Notes under the pieces: generated by a model | What the model was told of the DNA's origin: nothing | What the model saw: the letters and a program-made list of their open reading frames with translations, nothing else | Database searches by the model: none | Program-made: the position numbers and the translations under genes | From: Hypanus sabinus | Taxonomy: Eukaryota | Length of the DNA: 64,000 bases | Assembly: GCF_030144855.1 (NCBI RefSeq) | Contig: NC_082710.1 | Coordinates: 183,582,001-183,646,000 of the forward strand | Direction of reading: 5' to 3' | Part shown: positions 12,590 to 25,489 of the stretch, piece by piece | How positions within the stretch are numbered: position 1 is the first letter of the stretch | Layout: each line of letters starts with the position of its first letter

Positions 12590-13910
12590 TCCGTGTCCTG
12601 AGCCCCCTCCTTTACTCTCTGTATACCCACCACCCACCGTTCCAATCCGCTAATTAAATTTGCTGACAACACTGCACTGTTTGGCCTCATCTGAAATAAT
12701 AACGAGGCAGCCTAGACAGAAGTCATCTCCCTGACACAGAGGTCAGAAAACAACCTCTCCCTCAATGTCGCAAAAACAAAGGAGCTGGTTGTGGACTACA
12801 GGAGGAATGGAGACGGGCTAACCCCTATTGACATCAATGGATCTGGGGTTGAGAGGGTGAACAGCTTTAAGCTCCTCAGTATACATGTCAATGAGGACCT
12901 CATAGTTTACACACCAGCTGTGTGGTGGAAAAAGCACAATAGCGCCTCTTTCACCTCAGACAGTTGATGAAGCTTGGCCTGAGTTCCCAAATCCTAAGAA
13001 CTCTCTACAGGGGCACAATTGACAGCATCCTGACTGGCTGCATCACTGCCTGGAACGGGAACTGTACTTCCCTCAATCGCAGAACCCCGCAGAGAGTGGT
13101 GCGGACTGCCCAGTGCATCTGTAGTTGTGAACTTCCCATGATTCAGGGCATTCACAAAGACAGGTGAAAAAGGGCCCGGAGGATCACTGGGGACCCGAGT
13201 CACCCCAACCACAAACCGTTCCAGCTGCTACCATCCGGGAAATGGTACCGCAGCATAAAAGCCAGGACCCAAATCAGGTTTATTATCACTGGCATGGGAC
13301 GTGAAATTTGTTAACTTAGCAGCAGCAGTTCAATGCAATACATAGTCCAGCATAGAGGGAAAAAAATAAAATTTAAAAAATAATGTTAAGTAAATCAATT
13401 ACATATATTGAATAGGCTTTTCAAATGTGCAAAAACAGAATCACTGTATATTTTTTAAAAAGTGAGGTAGTGTCCAAAGATTCAATGTCCATTCAGAAAT
13501 CGGATGGCAGAGGGGAAGAAGCTGTTCCTGAATCGCTGAGTGTGTGCCTTCAGGCTTCTGTACCTCCTCCCTGATGGTAACAGTGAGAAAAGGGCTTGTC
13601 CTGGGTGCTGGAGGTCCTTAATAATTGACACTGCCTTTCTGAGACACCGCTCCCTGAAGATGTCCTGGGTACTTTGTCGGCTAGTGCCCAGGATGGAACT
13701 GACTGATTTACAACCTTCTGCAGCTTCTTTCGGTCCTGTACAATAGCCCCTCCACACCAGACAGTGATGCAGCCTGTCAGGATGCTCTCCACAGTACAAC
13801 TATAGAAGTTTTTGAGTGTATTGGTTGATATCCCAAATTAGGATTCCAAACTCCTAATATTTAAATATAGCTGCTGTCTTGCCTTCTTCGTAACTACATC
13901 GATATGTTAG
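12590..13910. mobile_element. Two Rex1/Babar-like LINE 3' fragments (plus 12590-13270, minus 13270-13910)
   Basis: SILTGCITAWNGNC and LLPSGRRYRSLKAHTQRFRNSFFP. Related fragments lie at about 2540-2850, 8320-8600, 20180-20850, 22420-23140, 31480-31740 and 53960-54330. Confidence 0.75.
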
Positions 13911-13994
13911 GACTAGGTTAGATCCTCAGAGATCTTGACACCCAGGAACTTGAAGCTGATCCCTCTATGAGGATTGGTATGGGTTCCTTCGTCA

Positions 13995-14172
13995 CAGACA
14001 CAACACACACTGACACACACGCACATACACACAGACACATAGGCATATACACATACACACACATATACACACATACATATACAGACTGACGCACACAGAT
14101 ACACACACACAGACATACCCACATATACAGACACAAACACCCACACATACACGCACATACAGACTCACACAT
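13995..14172. repeat. Degenerate (CA)n microsatellite
   Basis: cacacacacac/catata runs. Confidence 0.85.
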
Positions 14173-14579
14173 ATAATTATATAAATGTTTTATTTTTGTG
14201 TAACTGTATGTTGTCGCTATTTTAAACGTGCTGAATGTGCCTTGTGCCGTGTGTGGTCGCTGGTTCTGAGCTTCTGCGCCTTGGACCCGGAGATGCCGTC
14301 TCGTTCGGCTATTTCATGTGTAAACTTGAACTTCAAAAGTCAAGTTAACTTTTAAGGAATTTCGGGGATCGGGACGAGGGAACGACTCCAGCGTTTCGAG
14401 GGACAGGTTGGGCTGGGTCTGAGAAGAACCAATCACCCCACCCCGAGGTTGTACCGAGGAGCCCGGACCAGCAGGGCCGGAGTCTGGATCTGAGCTGGAT
14501 TCGCGCTGCCCGAATCCCGGACCGGTCCCGGTCCCGGTCCCGAGTCCGGGGCAGGATAGAGAGGAGCGGCCTTTCGCCG

Positions 14580-14900
14580 GTCGCAAACAGAAACCCGTCG
14601 GAGACTCACCGAATGACAGTCAAAAGGCTCACAAATCTACAGGCCGCCGCCGTTTACTTTCACTTTGCGGCGCACAGTCGGAGCCGCTATCGAGCTGAAC
14701 CGGACCCCTGGTGTCGGTCTGGCCGGCCCCGCAGGGCTCGGCTAATCCCAGGTAGTTCTATCTGGGTCTTCTCGGTCACCAGTACCTGTTCAACAGCGCG
14801 AATATAACCGGTTACCCCCTCCTTCAACGGTGCTGCACCCGCGCCGCAACTCCATAACTCGATCAGGAAGTGAGCCGAACCCAAATCTGGCCACTCCCTC
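14580..14900 (-). promoter_or_regulatory. CpG-rich promoter and putative non-coding first exon of gene B
   Basis: CpG-rich unique sequence within CpG-poor repeats. Consensus donor TCG|GTGAGT at 14610/14609, IRF element at 14656-14666 and an ETS-like CAGGAAGTG near 14865. The TSS is not observable. Confidence 0.6.
14656..14666 (-). promoter_or_regulatory. IRF element / ISRE-like site AAAGTGAAAGT (copy 1)
   Basis: Plus strand reads ACTTTCACTTT, matching the IRF1/IRF2 consensus AAAGTGAAAGT. Confidence 0.6.
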
Positions 14901-14989
14901 CGGAAAAAGAACGAAGGGAACTGTACAGAAAGCAGAGACGGGTAGAGCTAAAAAGTAAGCCAAACCTCCGCCCGCAAATAATCCTAACC

Positions 14990-17900
14990 CTAACCCTACA
15001 CAATGTCCATGTCCCCCCACCCCGTCTTTCTCATATTGGTGTGTCTACCTAAATGTCTCTTAAAAGCCTCTGCAACTAGTGTGTTTCCGTCTACAACGCG
15101 TTCCAAGCACCCACCACTCTCTCAGTAAGAAAACCTTCAACGCACGCCCTCTGGTATTAAACATTTCGACCCCCGGAGAAAGATGCACCCTGTCTACTCT
15201 ATCTATGCCTCTCATGATCATGTCAACCTCTATCAGATCTCCCCTCGCCCTCTGCCATTCCAGAGTAAACATCCCAGGTTTATCCAGCCTCTAGTGATAG
15301 CAGATGCTCTCTGAAACAGGTAGCATTCTGGTAAATCTCTCCAAAGCCTCAACAACCTGCCTATAGTACAGCGGCCAGAACTGTGTAAAATGCTCCAGTT
15401 GTGGCCTAACCAGAGTTTGACAAAGTTGCAATGTAACCTCCCTCACTTCTGAACTCAATGCCTCAACTAATAGAAACAAGCATTCCATAAGCTTTCATAA
15501 CCACTCTATCCTGCGTAGCCACTTCCAAGGATTTATGAACTTAGATCCCAAGATCTCTCTGCTCAGCCACACTGTTGAGGATCTCGTCTTTAACAGTGTA
15601 CCGTCTCCTGGCATTTGCCCTGCTATTTCTCAGCCCTTCTCTGCAATATCGTGCTGTATTCTTTGCCAGTCTTCTACTCTGTCCACAACTCTACCAATCT
15701 TGGTATCATTCATAAACTTACTAACCCACCCATCTACATTTTCATCCAGGTTATATACAGCACAAGCAGCAGAGGTCCCAGCACAGATCCCTATGAATGT
15801 CCACTAATCACAGACCTCCAGCTCGAATAAGACCACCACCCTCTGTCTTCTCTGCGCAAGCCAGTTCTGAACTGAAACAGCCAATTCGCCATGGACCCCA
15901 TGGTTAATCTTCCAGATGAGCCTGCTGAGGGACTTCGTCAAACGCCTTACTAAAATTCATGTCGACAACATTCACTGCCCTACCCTCATCAATCTCTCGT
16001 CACCTTGTCAAAAACCTCAATCAAGGTATGACCTGCCACACACAAAGCCATTCTGGCTCTCCATAATTAGGCCATGGGTCTCCAAATGCTCATATATCCT
16101 ATGCCTAAGAACTTTCTCCAGCAATTTCCCTACAACTGACATGAGACACACCAGTCTATAGTCCCAGGATTTTCCCTTGTTCCCTTTTTAAATAGAGCTA
16201 CAACGTTAGCCACTCACCAGTCCTTTAGGACTTCACTGTGCCTAGAAAAGATACAAAGATACTGGTCAAGGGCCCAGCAATCTCCCAACATCATTTACCT
16301 CCTTTGCACCCTCTCCAATGTCAGCACGTCCTTTCTAAGATAAGGCATCCAAACCTTCTCACGATACTCCGAGTGAGGCTGCACTGGTGCCTTTTAAAGC
16401 CTCAACATTACACCTTTGCTTTTATATTCCAGTCTTCTCAAAACGAATGCTAGCATTGTATTTGCCTTCCTCACCACCGACTCAACTTGCAAATCAGCCT
16501 TTCCGAAATCCTGCACAAGGACTCCCAAACCCCTTTGTGCCTCAGTTTTTTATATTTTCTCTTCAGGAAATAGTCAACCCTTTCATTTCTTCTGCTAAAA
16601 TGCATGACCGTACATTTCCCGATGCTGTATTCCACCCACCATTTCTTTGCCCATTCTCCAAATCTGTCCATGTCCTTTCACAAACAAGAGAAAATCTGCA
16701 GATGCTGGAAATTTAAGTAACCCGAAGGGTTTCGGCCCAAAACGTTGATTGTTTACTCTTTTCCATAGATGCTGCCTGGCCTGTTGAATTCCTCCAGCAT
16801 TTTGTATGTGTTGTCTAAGTCCTACTGTAGTCTCTTTGCATCTTCAAAATTTGTGCTTCTACAATCTCTTCAGCCTCCAGACTTTTCAGCTTCCCAAGCA
16901 CCTTCACCATAGTAATAGCAACTTCACAGCCTTCTGCCCCCTGACACTCTTAAACTTCCGGCAGACTGCTGGTGTCTTCTGCAGTGGACGTTGATGCAAA
17001 ATATTTATTCAGTTCTTCCGCCATTTCCTTACCCCCATTACTACCTCTCCAACATCATTTACCAGCAGTCGGTATCCACTCACCTCTCTTTGACACTTTA
17101 CGTTTCTCCAGAAATATTCTCTTGAATATTATTAGCCGGCTTACTTTCGTATTCCACCTTTTCCTTCTCTATGACTTTTTAGTTGCCTTCTGGTGGTTTT
17201 TAAAAGCTTCCCAATCCTCTGACTACCCATTATTTTTTGTTTTATTGCCCTCTCTTTGGCTTTTATGTTGGCTTTGAATTCTCTTGTCAGCCGATGCTTG
17301 TACCATCCCGTCTTTAGAATACTTCTTCTTTGGGATGTATCTATCTTGAGCCTTCTGAATTGCTCTCAAAATTTCCAGCCATTGCTGCTCTGCTGTCACC
17401 TCTGCTGGAGTTCCCTTCCAATCAATTTTGGCCAGCTCCTCTCTCACCGCTCTGTAATTCCTGTTACTCCACTGTAATACTGCTACATCTGACTTTAGCT
17501 TCTCCTTCTCTAATTACTGGGTGTGTTCTATCATGTTATGATCCCTTGGCCCTCAGGGTTCCTTTACCTTAAACTCTCTAAACATTTCCGGTTCATTGCA
17601 CGAGGCCCAGTCCAGAGTAACTGATCTAGAGAGCTCAACCACAAGCTTTATAAAACTCTAGTCAGGCCACACGTGGAGTACTGTGTCCAGTTCTGGTCGC
17701 CTCACTATAGGAAGGATGTGGAAGCATTGGAAAGGGTACAGAGGAGATTTACCAGGATGCTGCCTGGTTTAGAGATTATGGATTATGATCAGGGATTAAG
17801 GGAGCTAGGGCTTTACTCTTTGGAGAGAAGGAGGATGAGAGGAGACATGATAGAGGTATACAAGATATTAATAGTCAGAGCAGACAGCCAGCACCTCTTC

Positions 17901-20180
17901 CCCAGGGCACCACTGCTCAGTACAAGAGGAGATGGCTTTAAGGTAAGGGGAGGGAAGTTCAAGGGGGATATTAGAGGAAGGTTTTTCACTCAGAGAGTGG
18001 TTGGTGCGTGGACTGCACTGCCTGAGTCAGTGGTGGAGGCAGATACACTAGTGAAGTTTAAGAGACTACTAGACAGCTATATGGAGGAATTTAAGGTGGG
18101 GGGTTATATGGGAGGCAGGGTTTGAAGGTCGGCACAACATTGTGGGCCGAAGGGCCTGTAATGTGTTGTACTATTCTATGTTCTATGTTAAGTTGCTCGG
18201 AAAAGCCATCTTATAAGATTTCCAAAATGAACCCTATTGGGAACCAGCACTAGTCTGATTTTCCCGATCTACCTGCCTAGTGAAATCCCCCATGACTATC
18301 ACAGCACTGCCCTTTTGGCATGCAACTTCTGTCTCCCATTGTAATTTGTAGACCACATCTTTACTACAGTACGGAGGTTCATATACAACTCCCATCAGGG
18401 TCGTTTTACGCTTGCAGTTTCTTAGCTCGACCAACAATGATTCATCACCTTCTGACCCCAGGTCACCTCTTTCTAATGATTTGATTTCATTTTTTACCAA
18501 CAGAGCCACCCCATCGCATCTGCCTTCCTGCCTGTCCTTTCGATAGAATCTTTGGATGTTAAGCTATAATTTTCTTTTAACCGTGATTCTGTGATGCCTA
18601 CATCCGTAGCTGTTCTACAAGTTCTTTTACCTTAGTCTGTACACTGTGCGCATTCAAATTTAACATTTATTCAAATAAGTCCTGTATTCGTCACCTTTTT
18701 ACGTTGCAACTCATCCTGTTGTCTGCAATCAGTCCCTCTTTGCCAGCAGTCTCACTGCACACTGCCTGTTTGTAAACCAGCTACCCCATCCTCACCCCAT
18801 CACTCCGAATGCCATTCCCCTGCCTACAGCTCTAGCAAACCTGCCCACGAGGATATTGGCCCCCCAATCTAGGATCATTTCGTTTCTTATCCTCGCTGAC
18901 ATGACATGGACAGCAGTTGCTACCCTACATACAAACATAGGGAATAGGAGCAGGAGTCGGCCATCCGGCCTGTCGAGACTCTGCTCCGCCGTTCAATAAG
19001 ATCATGGCTGATCTGGCCATGGACTTATCTCCACTGACCTGCCTTTTCCCCATAACCCTAATTCCCCGACTATGCAAAAATCTATCCAACATTGCCTTAA
19101 ATATACATACATCCACTGCTTCTGGTTTTCAGCTTGCTACCTAGCTCCCTAAAATCTCTCTTCAGGATCTCTTCTCTTTTCCTCCATGAGTCATTGGTGC
19201 CCAAACGTACCAACACTTCTAGCTGGCCATCCCCACCACCTTTAGAATGCCGTGGGCCCCTCTGAGATATCCCTGACCCTGCAGCTGGGAGGCAACATAC
19301 CATCCGAGGTTTCTATCGCGCCCACAGAACATTGTCCCTATTCCTCTAACTGTGGGAGCACCACTCCGTGTCAGAGAGCCGGTCAGTGTGTCACCCCCTC
19401 CGCAGCATTACTGAGGGGAACCGACACTGGGCCTCCCATTTCCCATCCTTCGCCAGGTTACCTGCCTCCTGCAACGTAGGGGTGACTACCTCCCTATCAC
19501 TCCGAAGGCCATTGAGCTGCAGCTCCAGTTCCTTAGCAAGTTCTGTCAGGAGCTGCAGCTCAGAGCACCTGGTGCAGGTATGGTTACGTGGGAGACTGAA
19601 GGTCTCCTGGAATTCTCACATCTCCACACACAGAACAAAACCCTGCCCCTGGAGTCATTTCACTGCACTAACAGACCAGGAATAACAAGTAATGAAGAAG
19701 ATACTTAATTCACCTAAGCCTGGTGAGCCAAAGCTTCTCCAACACTGGCTCGCTCACACAGGAGCCTCTCCACTTGCTCCTGCCTCAGTCTTATTGGCCC
19801 TTTCTAATGAATCCTGCTCACAGTCCAACTCTGAAAACTACCGTGAGGTGCTGCCTTTTTCAACTAGATTGAATCGCCGGCTCTTCTTGTGATCCCTGGC
19901 CAATGGAGACTCAGCAAACTAAAAGGTGAGGGGTGATGGGTATACAGTTAGCATAAATGCAAGCAGCCTTTTTCCACTGAGGCTGGGTGAAACGAGAACT
20001 AGAGGTCATGGGTTAAGAGTGAAAGGTGAAATATTTAAGGGCAACTACTTCACCCTGAGGGTGCCAACAGAAATAGTGGGTGTGGGTTCGATTGCAGTGT
20101 ATAGGTATGTGGTTGAGAGAGGTACAAATGGCAGGTCAGTGGAGCTAGGCAGATTAACAGTTTGGCGTGACATGAGCTGA
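14990..20180. mobile_element. Cluster of nested CR1 fragments, mostly minus strand (plus at about 17640-18190 and 19920-20180), including an ORF1 esterase remnant
   Basis: RT 3' peptides (EYCVQFWSPHYRKDV), endonuclease-region peptides, and SGNH-like VLVRLGTNDSWRKR...FRELGSKLK at about 19130-19230. Confidence 0.8.
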
Positions 20181-20855
20181 TGGGTATATTTAACATCTCT
20201 CTGGAACAATCTGTTCTCCCCTCAGTTTTCAAGGCAGCAACCATCATTCCACTGTCAAAGAACCTGCCTAAATGACTCTCGTCCGGTGGCGTTAACATCA
20301 ACCATTATGAAATGGCTGGTCATGGAGCACATTGAAGCCTTTCTACTGGCTACACTGGACCCTTGCCAGTTTGCTTATCACTCTGTCCTGTCCCACCTGG
20401 AAAATATGGTTTCATAATAGGGACCGCTGTTTATAGACATTCAACACCATCATACCCCAGAAACTGGTAGGGGAAATGTCCTTGTTGTGTATCAAACCTC
20501 AACAACAACGATGACGAGATGGAATACAGAGAGGAAGTGGAGTGGCTGCTGGATTGGTGTGACAGGAACAACCCAAGCCCGAGACAACTGCACTGCTCCA
20601 AAGGGGCCATTCTTAACCTCGGCCATTAGGCTCTATATTGCAGCCAGGGAAATGACCCCCTCGGACGGTGTGAATGTGCACCCATTACTGTATAATATTA
20701 CAGTAATTCTTGCATCATCTTTGATTTGTAAATCTGGTACATCTTATTCTTAAGGTAACTTTTTAAAATTCTTTCTTACTTCCCTTCTAATATTTGTTTA
20801 TCTGTGCACTTGCAATGCTGCTGTGACACTGTCATTTCCACTGGGATCAATGAAG

Positions 20856-21966
20856 TGTAATGCCCTGCCTCACACCTTTACCCTTATGCTGAGGGTATTT
20901 CACTTAGCAGCTCTGTGAGATCAGTCTGTTCTGCTTTCATCCTGTCTGGGTGGTTGTTGAAGATGAGAGATGATGTGGAATGTGTGCCACTCAACTTGGT
21001 GAGGGGCAATAAGGTTGGTCTTGGGCTTTTGTTCGAGAGGAGATGAAGAGAGAAGACACTGGCGAGAACCAGTCGTAGATTACGATCCAGTGGGAGACCT
21101 GTTTGTTGGAGATGGATTGCGAGTGAAATTCAGAAGATTTCACGTTGACCGAGGGCCCAGAGCGTGAGTGACAGATGTTATGCCCGTGGCCCCCTCCTTT
21201 TTGAGAATGGCAGGATCGCTATTGATCCGAGTCAGGAGACCCAGGAAATGAGAGAAAGACATGCAGAGTTTGGAATGTGTCCTGGCCTCCGAAAGGCGGA
21301 ACCATTGATAACGGCTATTGTCTCTTGGAGACGAACTTGTGTATTGAATCCTGTACGATGCATCGAAGCCCCCAGGCAATGAACCAAGAGGGGGCTGGTT
21401 GAGGGATTGCATCATCCCACCCTGATTGACATCTGAGACCCTGTGAGTCAGGATAAAAAAGGGTCTGGGGAACAGCCCCTTCAGATGCACCAGAAGAAAC
21501 GCTAGCGATCCCATAATAGCAAAAACCGGTGGGAAGGCCACGTGCGTCCGTTTCCATTTGCCCCGGAATCGGTGTGCCTTGACCATGGGAGAACGTTTTT
21601 TAGCTAACAACGGGGAAATCAACTCCCAACGACTCTCGAAGGATTGACATCATAAAAGGACTGGGCAAGTTTTAACCCGTCTTTCTCTCAAACCAGAAAG
21701 CTGCAGCTTGAATGAACTAAAGTGACTTTTATATTTCCATCGGACAATACATTATCCCCTAGACAATGATAGAGCTATTCCTTATTGATTATTATTATAC
21801 CCTCCGCTTTTAGATTTAGTATTGACAACGTATATTATCTGTATGTTTGCATTGATATTATTTTTGTGTATTTTTATCAATAAATACTGTTAAAGATAGT
21901 ACCATCAGACTTCAGCAGACCTCTCTATCTTTGCTGGTAAGTGACCCAGTTACGGGGTACGTAACA
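20856..21966 (+). mobile_element. Solo LTR (Gypsy-like), about 1.1 kb
   Basis: Starts TGTAA and ends TAACA, with AATAAA near 21879 and no internal coding region. No clear TSD. Confidence 0.6.
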
Positions 21967-23152
21967 CAGTTCAAGATGAGATCCAACTTGTGCACGTTTG
22001 ACTGTTTAATTAGAATGGGCTCTTCCCTTTCTGTTAATCTTTACAACACTTCAGTTCAGATTCATAAATATTCCCTTAATCGTACGCAGTGTACTGTCTG
22101 TTATTTCGTGGCATTAATTTGTAACGGGGTAGCAAATGACACTGCATCCACACAAACCGAGGTTTGGTGGGGGGGTGGGGGGGTAAATCAAGCGCACCTC
22201 AATCTCACGAGTTTGGCAAGGCCAGAAATTGTCTTCCCTAGACTTATGCAGCCGAGGAAACCAAGGTGGTTTCGAAAGTATCTTTCTATCTACATCCTCT
22301 TGTAACGAAGCATTTCAGTTACTATCAGTCCGAATAGGTTTTATACAGAGGCATTGTGTGACTTTTTGACTTTTATACTCCTATATTCTGACGATTGTTG
22401 GCGGCAGAATTTCAGATCACCTACAGGGATGGGCTAGATCAGCTGGTTGAATGGTGTCACAGCAACAACATCAGAAAGACCAAAGAGCTGATTGTGGACT
22501 TCAGAAAGGGTAAGACACACCAGTCCTCGTCGAGGGATCAGTTGTGGAAAGGGTGAGCAGTTTCAGGTTCCTGGATGTCTAAGGGCCCAACATATTGATC
22601 CAGTTACAAAAAAGCAGCTAGATTTCATTAGGAGTCAGAGGAGATTTGGAATGTCACCAAAGACACTCAGACGTACTGTGGCTGGAACGGTTGGGGGGTG
22701 GGTGGGAATTGTTGGGGCTACTGTAGAGGTTCTGCAGAAAGATGTAAACTCAGTCAGCTCCATCATGGGCACTCCATAGTATCCAGGACATCTTCAAGGG
22801 ACAATGTCTCAGAAAGGCAGCATCCATTATTAAGGACCCCCATCACCCAGGACAAGCCCTTTTCTCACTGTTACCATCAGGTAGGAGGTACAGAAGCCTG
22901 AAGGCACACACTCAGCGATTCAGGGACAGCTTCTTCCCTGAACACTACCTCACGTTTTCTGAATATATGTTATTTCTGTTTTTGCACTATTTTTAATCTA
23001 TCCAATATACAAATATATACTGACTGTAACTGATCTATTTTTTCCCTTTCTATATTACCATGTATTGCATTGAACAGCTGCTGCTGAGTTAACCAATGCC
23101 ACCACACATGCCGGTGATAATAAACCTGATTCTGGTTCTTCCAGAGACTGAC

Positions 23153-24700
23153 GGGAGAGGGCTCTATCAGGGGGGTAGGGGGTAGTGCCGGGTATGTGTC
23201 TGGTTCCGGGAGAGGGCTCTATCAGAGGGGGTAGGGGGTAGTGCCGGGTATGTGTCTGGTTCCGGGAGAGGGCTCTATCAGAGGGGGTAGGGGGTAGTGC
23301 CGGGTATGTGTCTGGTTCCGGGAGAGGGCTCTATCAGGGGGGTAGGGGGTAGTGCCGGGTATGTGTCTGGTTCCGGGAGAGGGCTCTATCAGGGGGGTAG
23401 GGGGTAGTGCCGGGTATGTGTCTGGTTCCGGGAGAGGGCTCTATCAGGGGGGTAGGGGGTAGTGCCGGGTATGTGTCTGGTTCCGGGAGAGGGCTCTATC
23501 AGGGGGGTAGGGGGTAGTGCCGGGTATGTGTCTGGTTCCGGGAGAGGGCTCTATCAGGGGGGTAGGGGGTAGTGCCGGGTATGTGTCTGGTTCCGGGAGA
23601 GGGCTCTATCAGGGGGGTAGGGGGTAGTGCCGGGTATGTGTCTGGTTCCGGGAGAGGGCTCTATCAGAGGGGGTAGGGGGTAGTGCCGGGTATGTGTCTG
23701 GTTCCGGGAGAGGGCTCTATCAGAGGGGGTAGGGGGTAGTGCCGGGTATGTGTCTGGTTCCGGGAGAGGGCTCTATCAGGGGGGTAGGAGGTAGTGCCGG
23801 GTATGTGTCTGGTTCCGGGAGAGGGCTCTATCAGAGGGGGTAGGGGGTAGTGCCGGATATGTGTCTGGTTCCGGGAGAGGGCTCTATCAGGGGGGTAGGG
23901 GGTAGTGCCGGGTATGTGTCTGGTTCCGGGAGAGGGCTCTATCAGGGGGGTAGGGGGTAGTGCCGGGTATGTGTCTGGTTCCGGGAGAGGGCTCTATCAG
24001 GGGGGTAGGGGGTAGTGCCGGGTATGTGTCTGGTTCCGGGAGAGGGCTCTATCAGAGGGGGTAGGGGGTAGTGCCGGGTATGTGTCTGGTTCCGGGAGAG
24101 GGCTCTATCAGAGGGGGTAGGGGGTAGTGCCGGGTATGTGTCTGGTTCCGGGAGAGGGCTCTATCAGGGGGGTAGGGGGTAGTGCCGGGTATGTGTCTGG
24201 TTCCGGGAGAGGGCTCTATCAGGGGGGTAGGGGGTAGTGCCGGGTATGTGTCTGGTTCCGGGAGAGGGCTCTATCAGAGGGGGTAGGGGGTAGTGCCGGG
24301 TATGTGTCTGGTTCCGGGAGAGGGCTCTATCAGAGGGGGTAGGGGGTAGTGCCGGATATGTGTCTGGTTCCGGGAGAGGGCTCTATCAGGGGGGTAGGGG
24401 GTAGTGCCGGGTATGTGTCTGGTTCCGGGAGAGGGCTCTATCAGGGGGGTAGGGGGTAGTGCTGGGTATGTGTCTGGTTCCGGGAGAGGGCTCTATCAGA
24501 GGGGGTAGGGGGTAGTGCCGGGTATGTGTCTGGTTCCGGGAGAGGGCTCTATCAGGGGGGTAGGGGGTAGTGCCGGGTATGTGTCTGGTTCCGGGAGAGG
24601 GCTCTATCAGGGGGGTAGGGGGTAGTGCCGGGTATGTGTCTGGTTCCGGGAGAGGGCTCTATCAGAGGGGGTAGGAGGTAGTGCCAGGTATGTGTTTGGA
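23153..24700 (+). repeat. G-rich minisatellite, 55-56-bp unit x about 28
   Basis: Unit gggagagggctctatcaggggggtagggggtagtgccgggtatgtgtctggttcc; highly homogeneous. Confidence 0.95.
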
Positions 24701-24892
24701 CTGCTAACCCAGATATCTGGTTTCTCCCTGCTCCGCCTTTCTGAGCAAAGGGGCCAAAACAGCTCGAAGTCCGGTCTGGCCAACCCTTTATAAAGCCCTC
24801 GTATTACATGCTTCCTTTTATAATCTAGTTCTCTCCAAATGTATCTAATATTTCATTTGTCGTCCTCACCACAGACTAAACACAGAATTATA

Positions 24893-25480
24893 TAAACGTG
24901 CTGAATGTGCCTTGTGCCGTGTGTGGTCGCTGGTTCTGAGCTTCTGCGCCTTGGACCCGGAGACGCCGTCTCGTTCGGCTATTTCATGTGTAAACTTGAA
25001 CTTCAAAAGTCAAGTTAACTTTTAAGGAATTTCGGGGATCGGGACGAGGGAACGACTCCAGCGTTTCGAGGGACAGGTTGGGCTGGTTCTGAGAAGAACC
25101 AATCACCCCACCCCGAGGTTGTACCGAGGAGCCCGGACCAGCCGGGCCGGAGTCTGGATCTGAGCTGGATTCGCGCTGCCCGAATCCCGGACCGGTCCCG
25201 AGTCCGGGGCGGGATAGAGAGGAGCGGCCTTTCGCCGGCCTCCCTGTCCGGGCCGCAAACCGGAAGGCCTCACAAATCTGCAGGCCGTCGCCGTTTACTT
25301 TCACTTTGCGGCGCACATTCGGAGCCGATATCGAGCGGAACCGGAGCGCCGGTGTCGGTCTGGCTCGGCTAATCCTGGGTAGTTCGATCTGGGTCCGGTT
25401 ACCCCGCCTCCTTCAATGGTGCCGCATCCGCCTCCGCGGAACGCAACCACCAAGAAGTCAGCTGAGCCCAAATTTGACCT
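24893..25480 (-). promoter_or_regulatory. Duplicated copy of the gene B promoter/intron-1 block
   Basis: 24893-25238 is nearly identical to 14223-14580. The remainder aligns more loosely to about 14900. Confidence 0.75.
25297..25307 (-). promoter_or_regulatory. IRF element / ISRE-like site (copy 2)
   Basis: Identical ACTTTCACTTT, retained within the more diverged part of the duplication. Confidence 0.55.
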
Positions 25481-25489
25481 CTCATTCTG

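Noticed and set aside
14314-14586. 90-110-aa ORFs shared by both promoter copies (also 24984-25316)
   Set aside because: GC-rich low-complexity sequence with no domain and no convincing ATG; conservation is explained by the duplication.
23153-24700. CRISPR-like appearance of the regular arrays
   Set aside because: Head-to-tail units with no unique spacers, no cas genes, and a vertebrate context.
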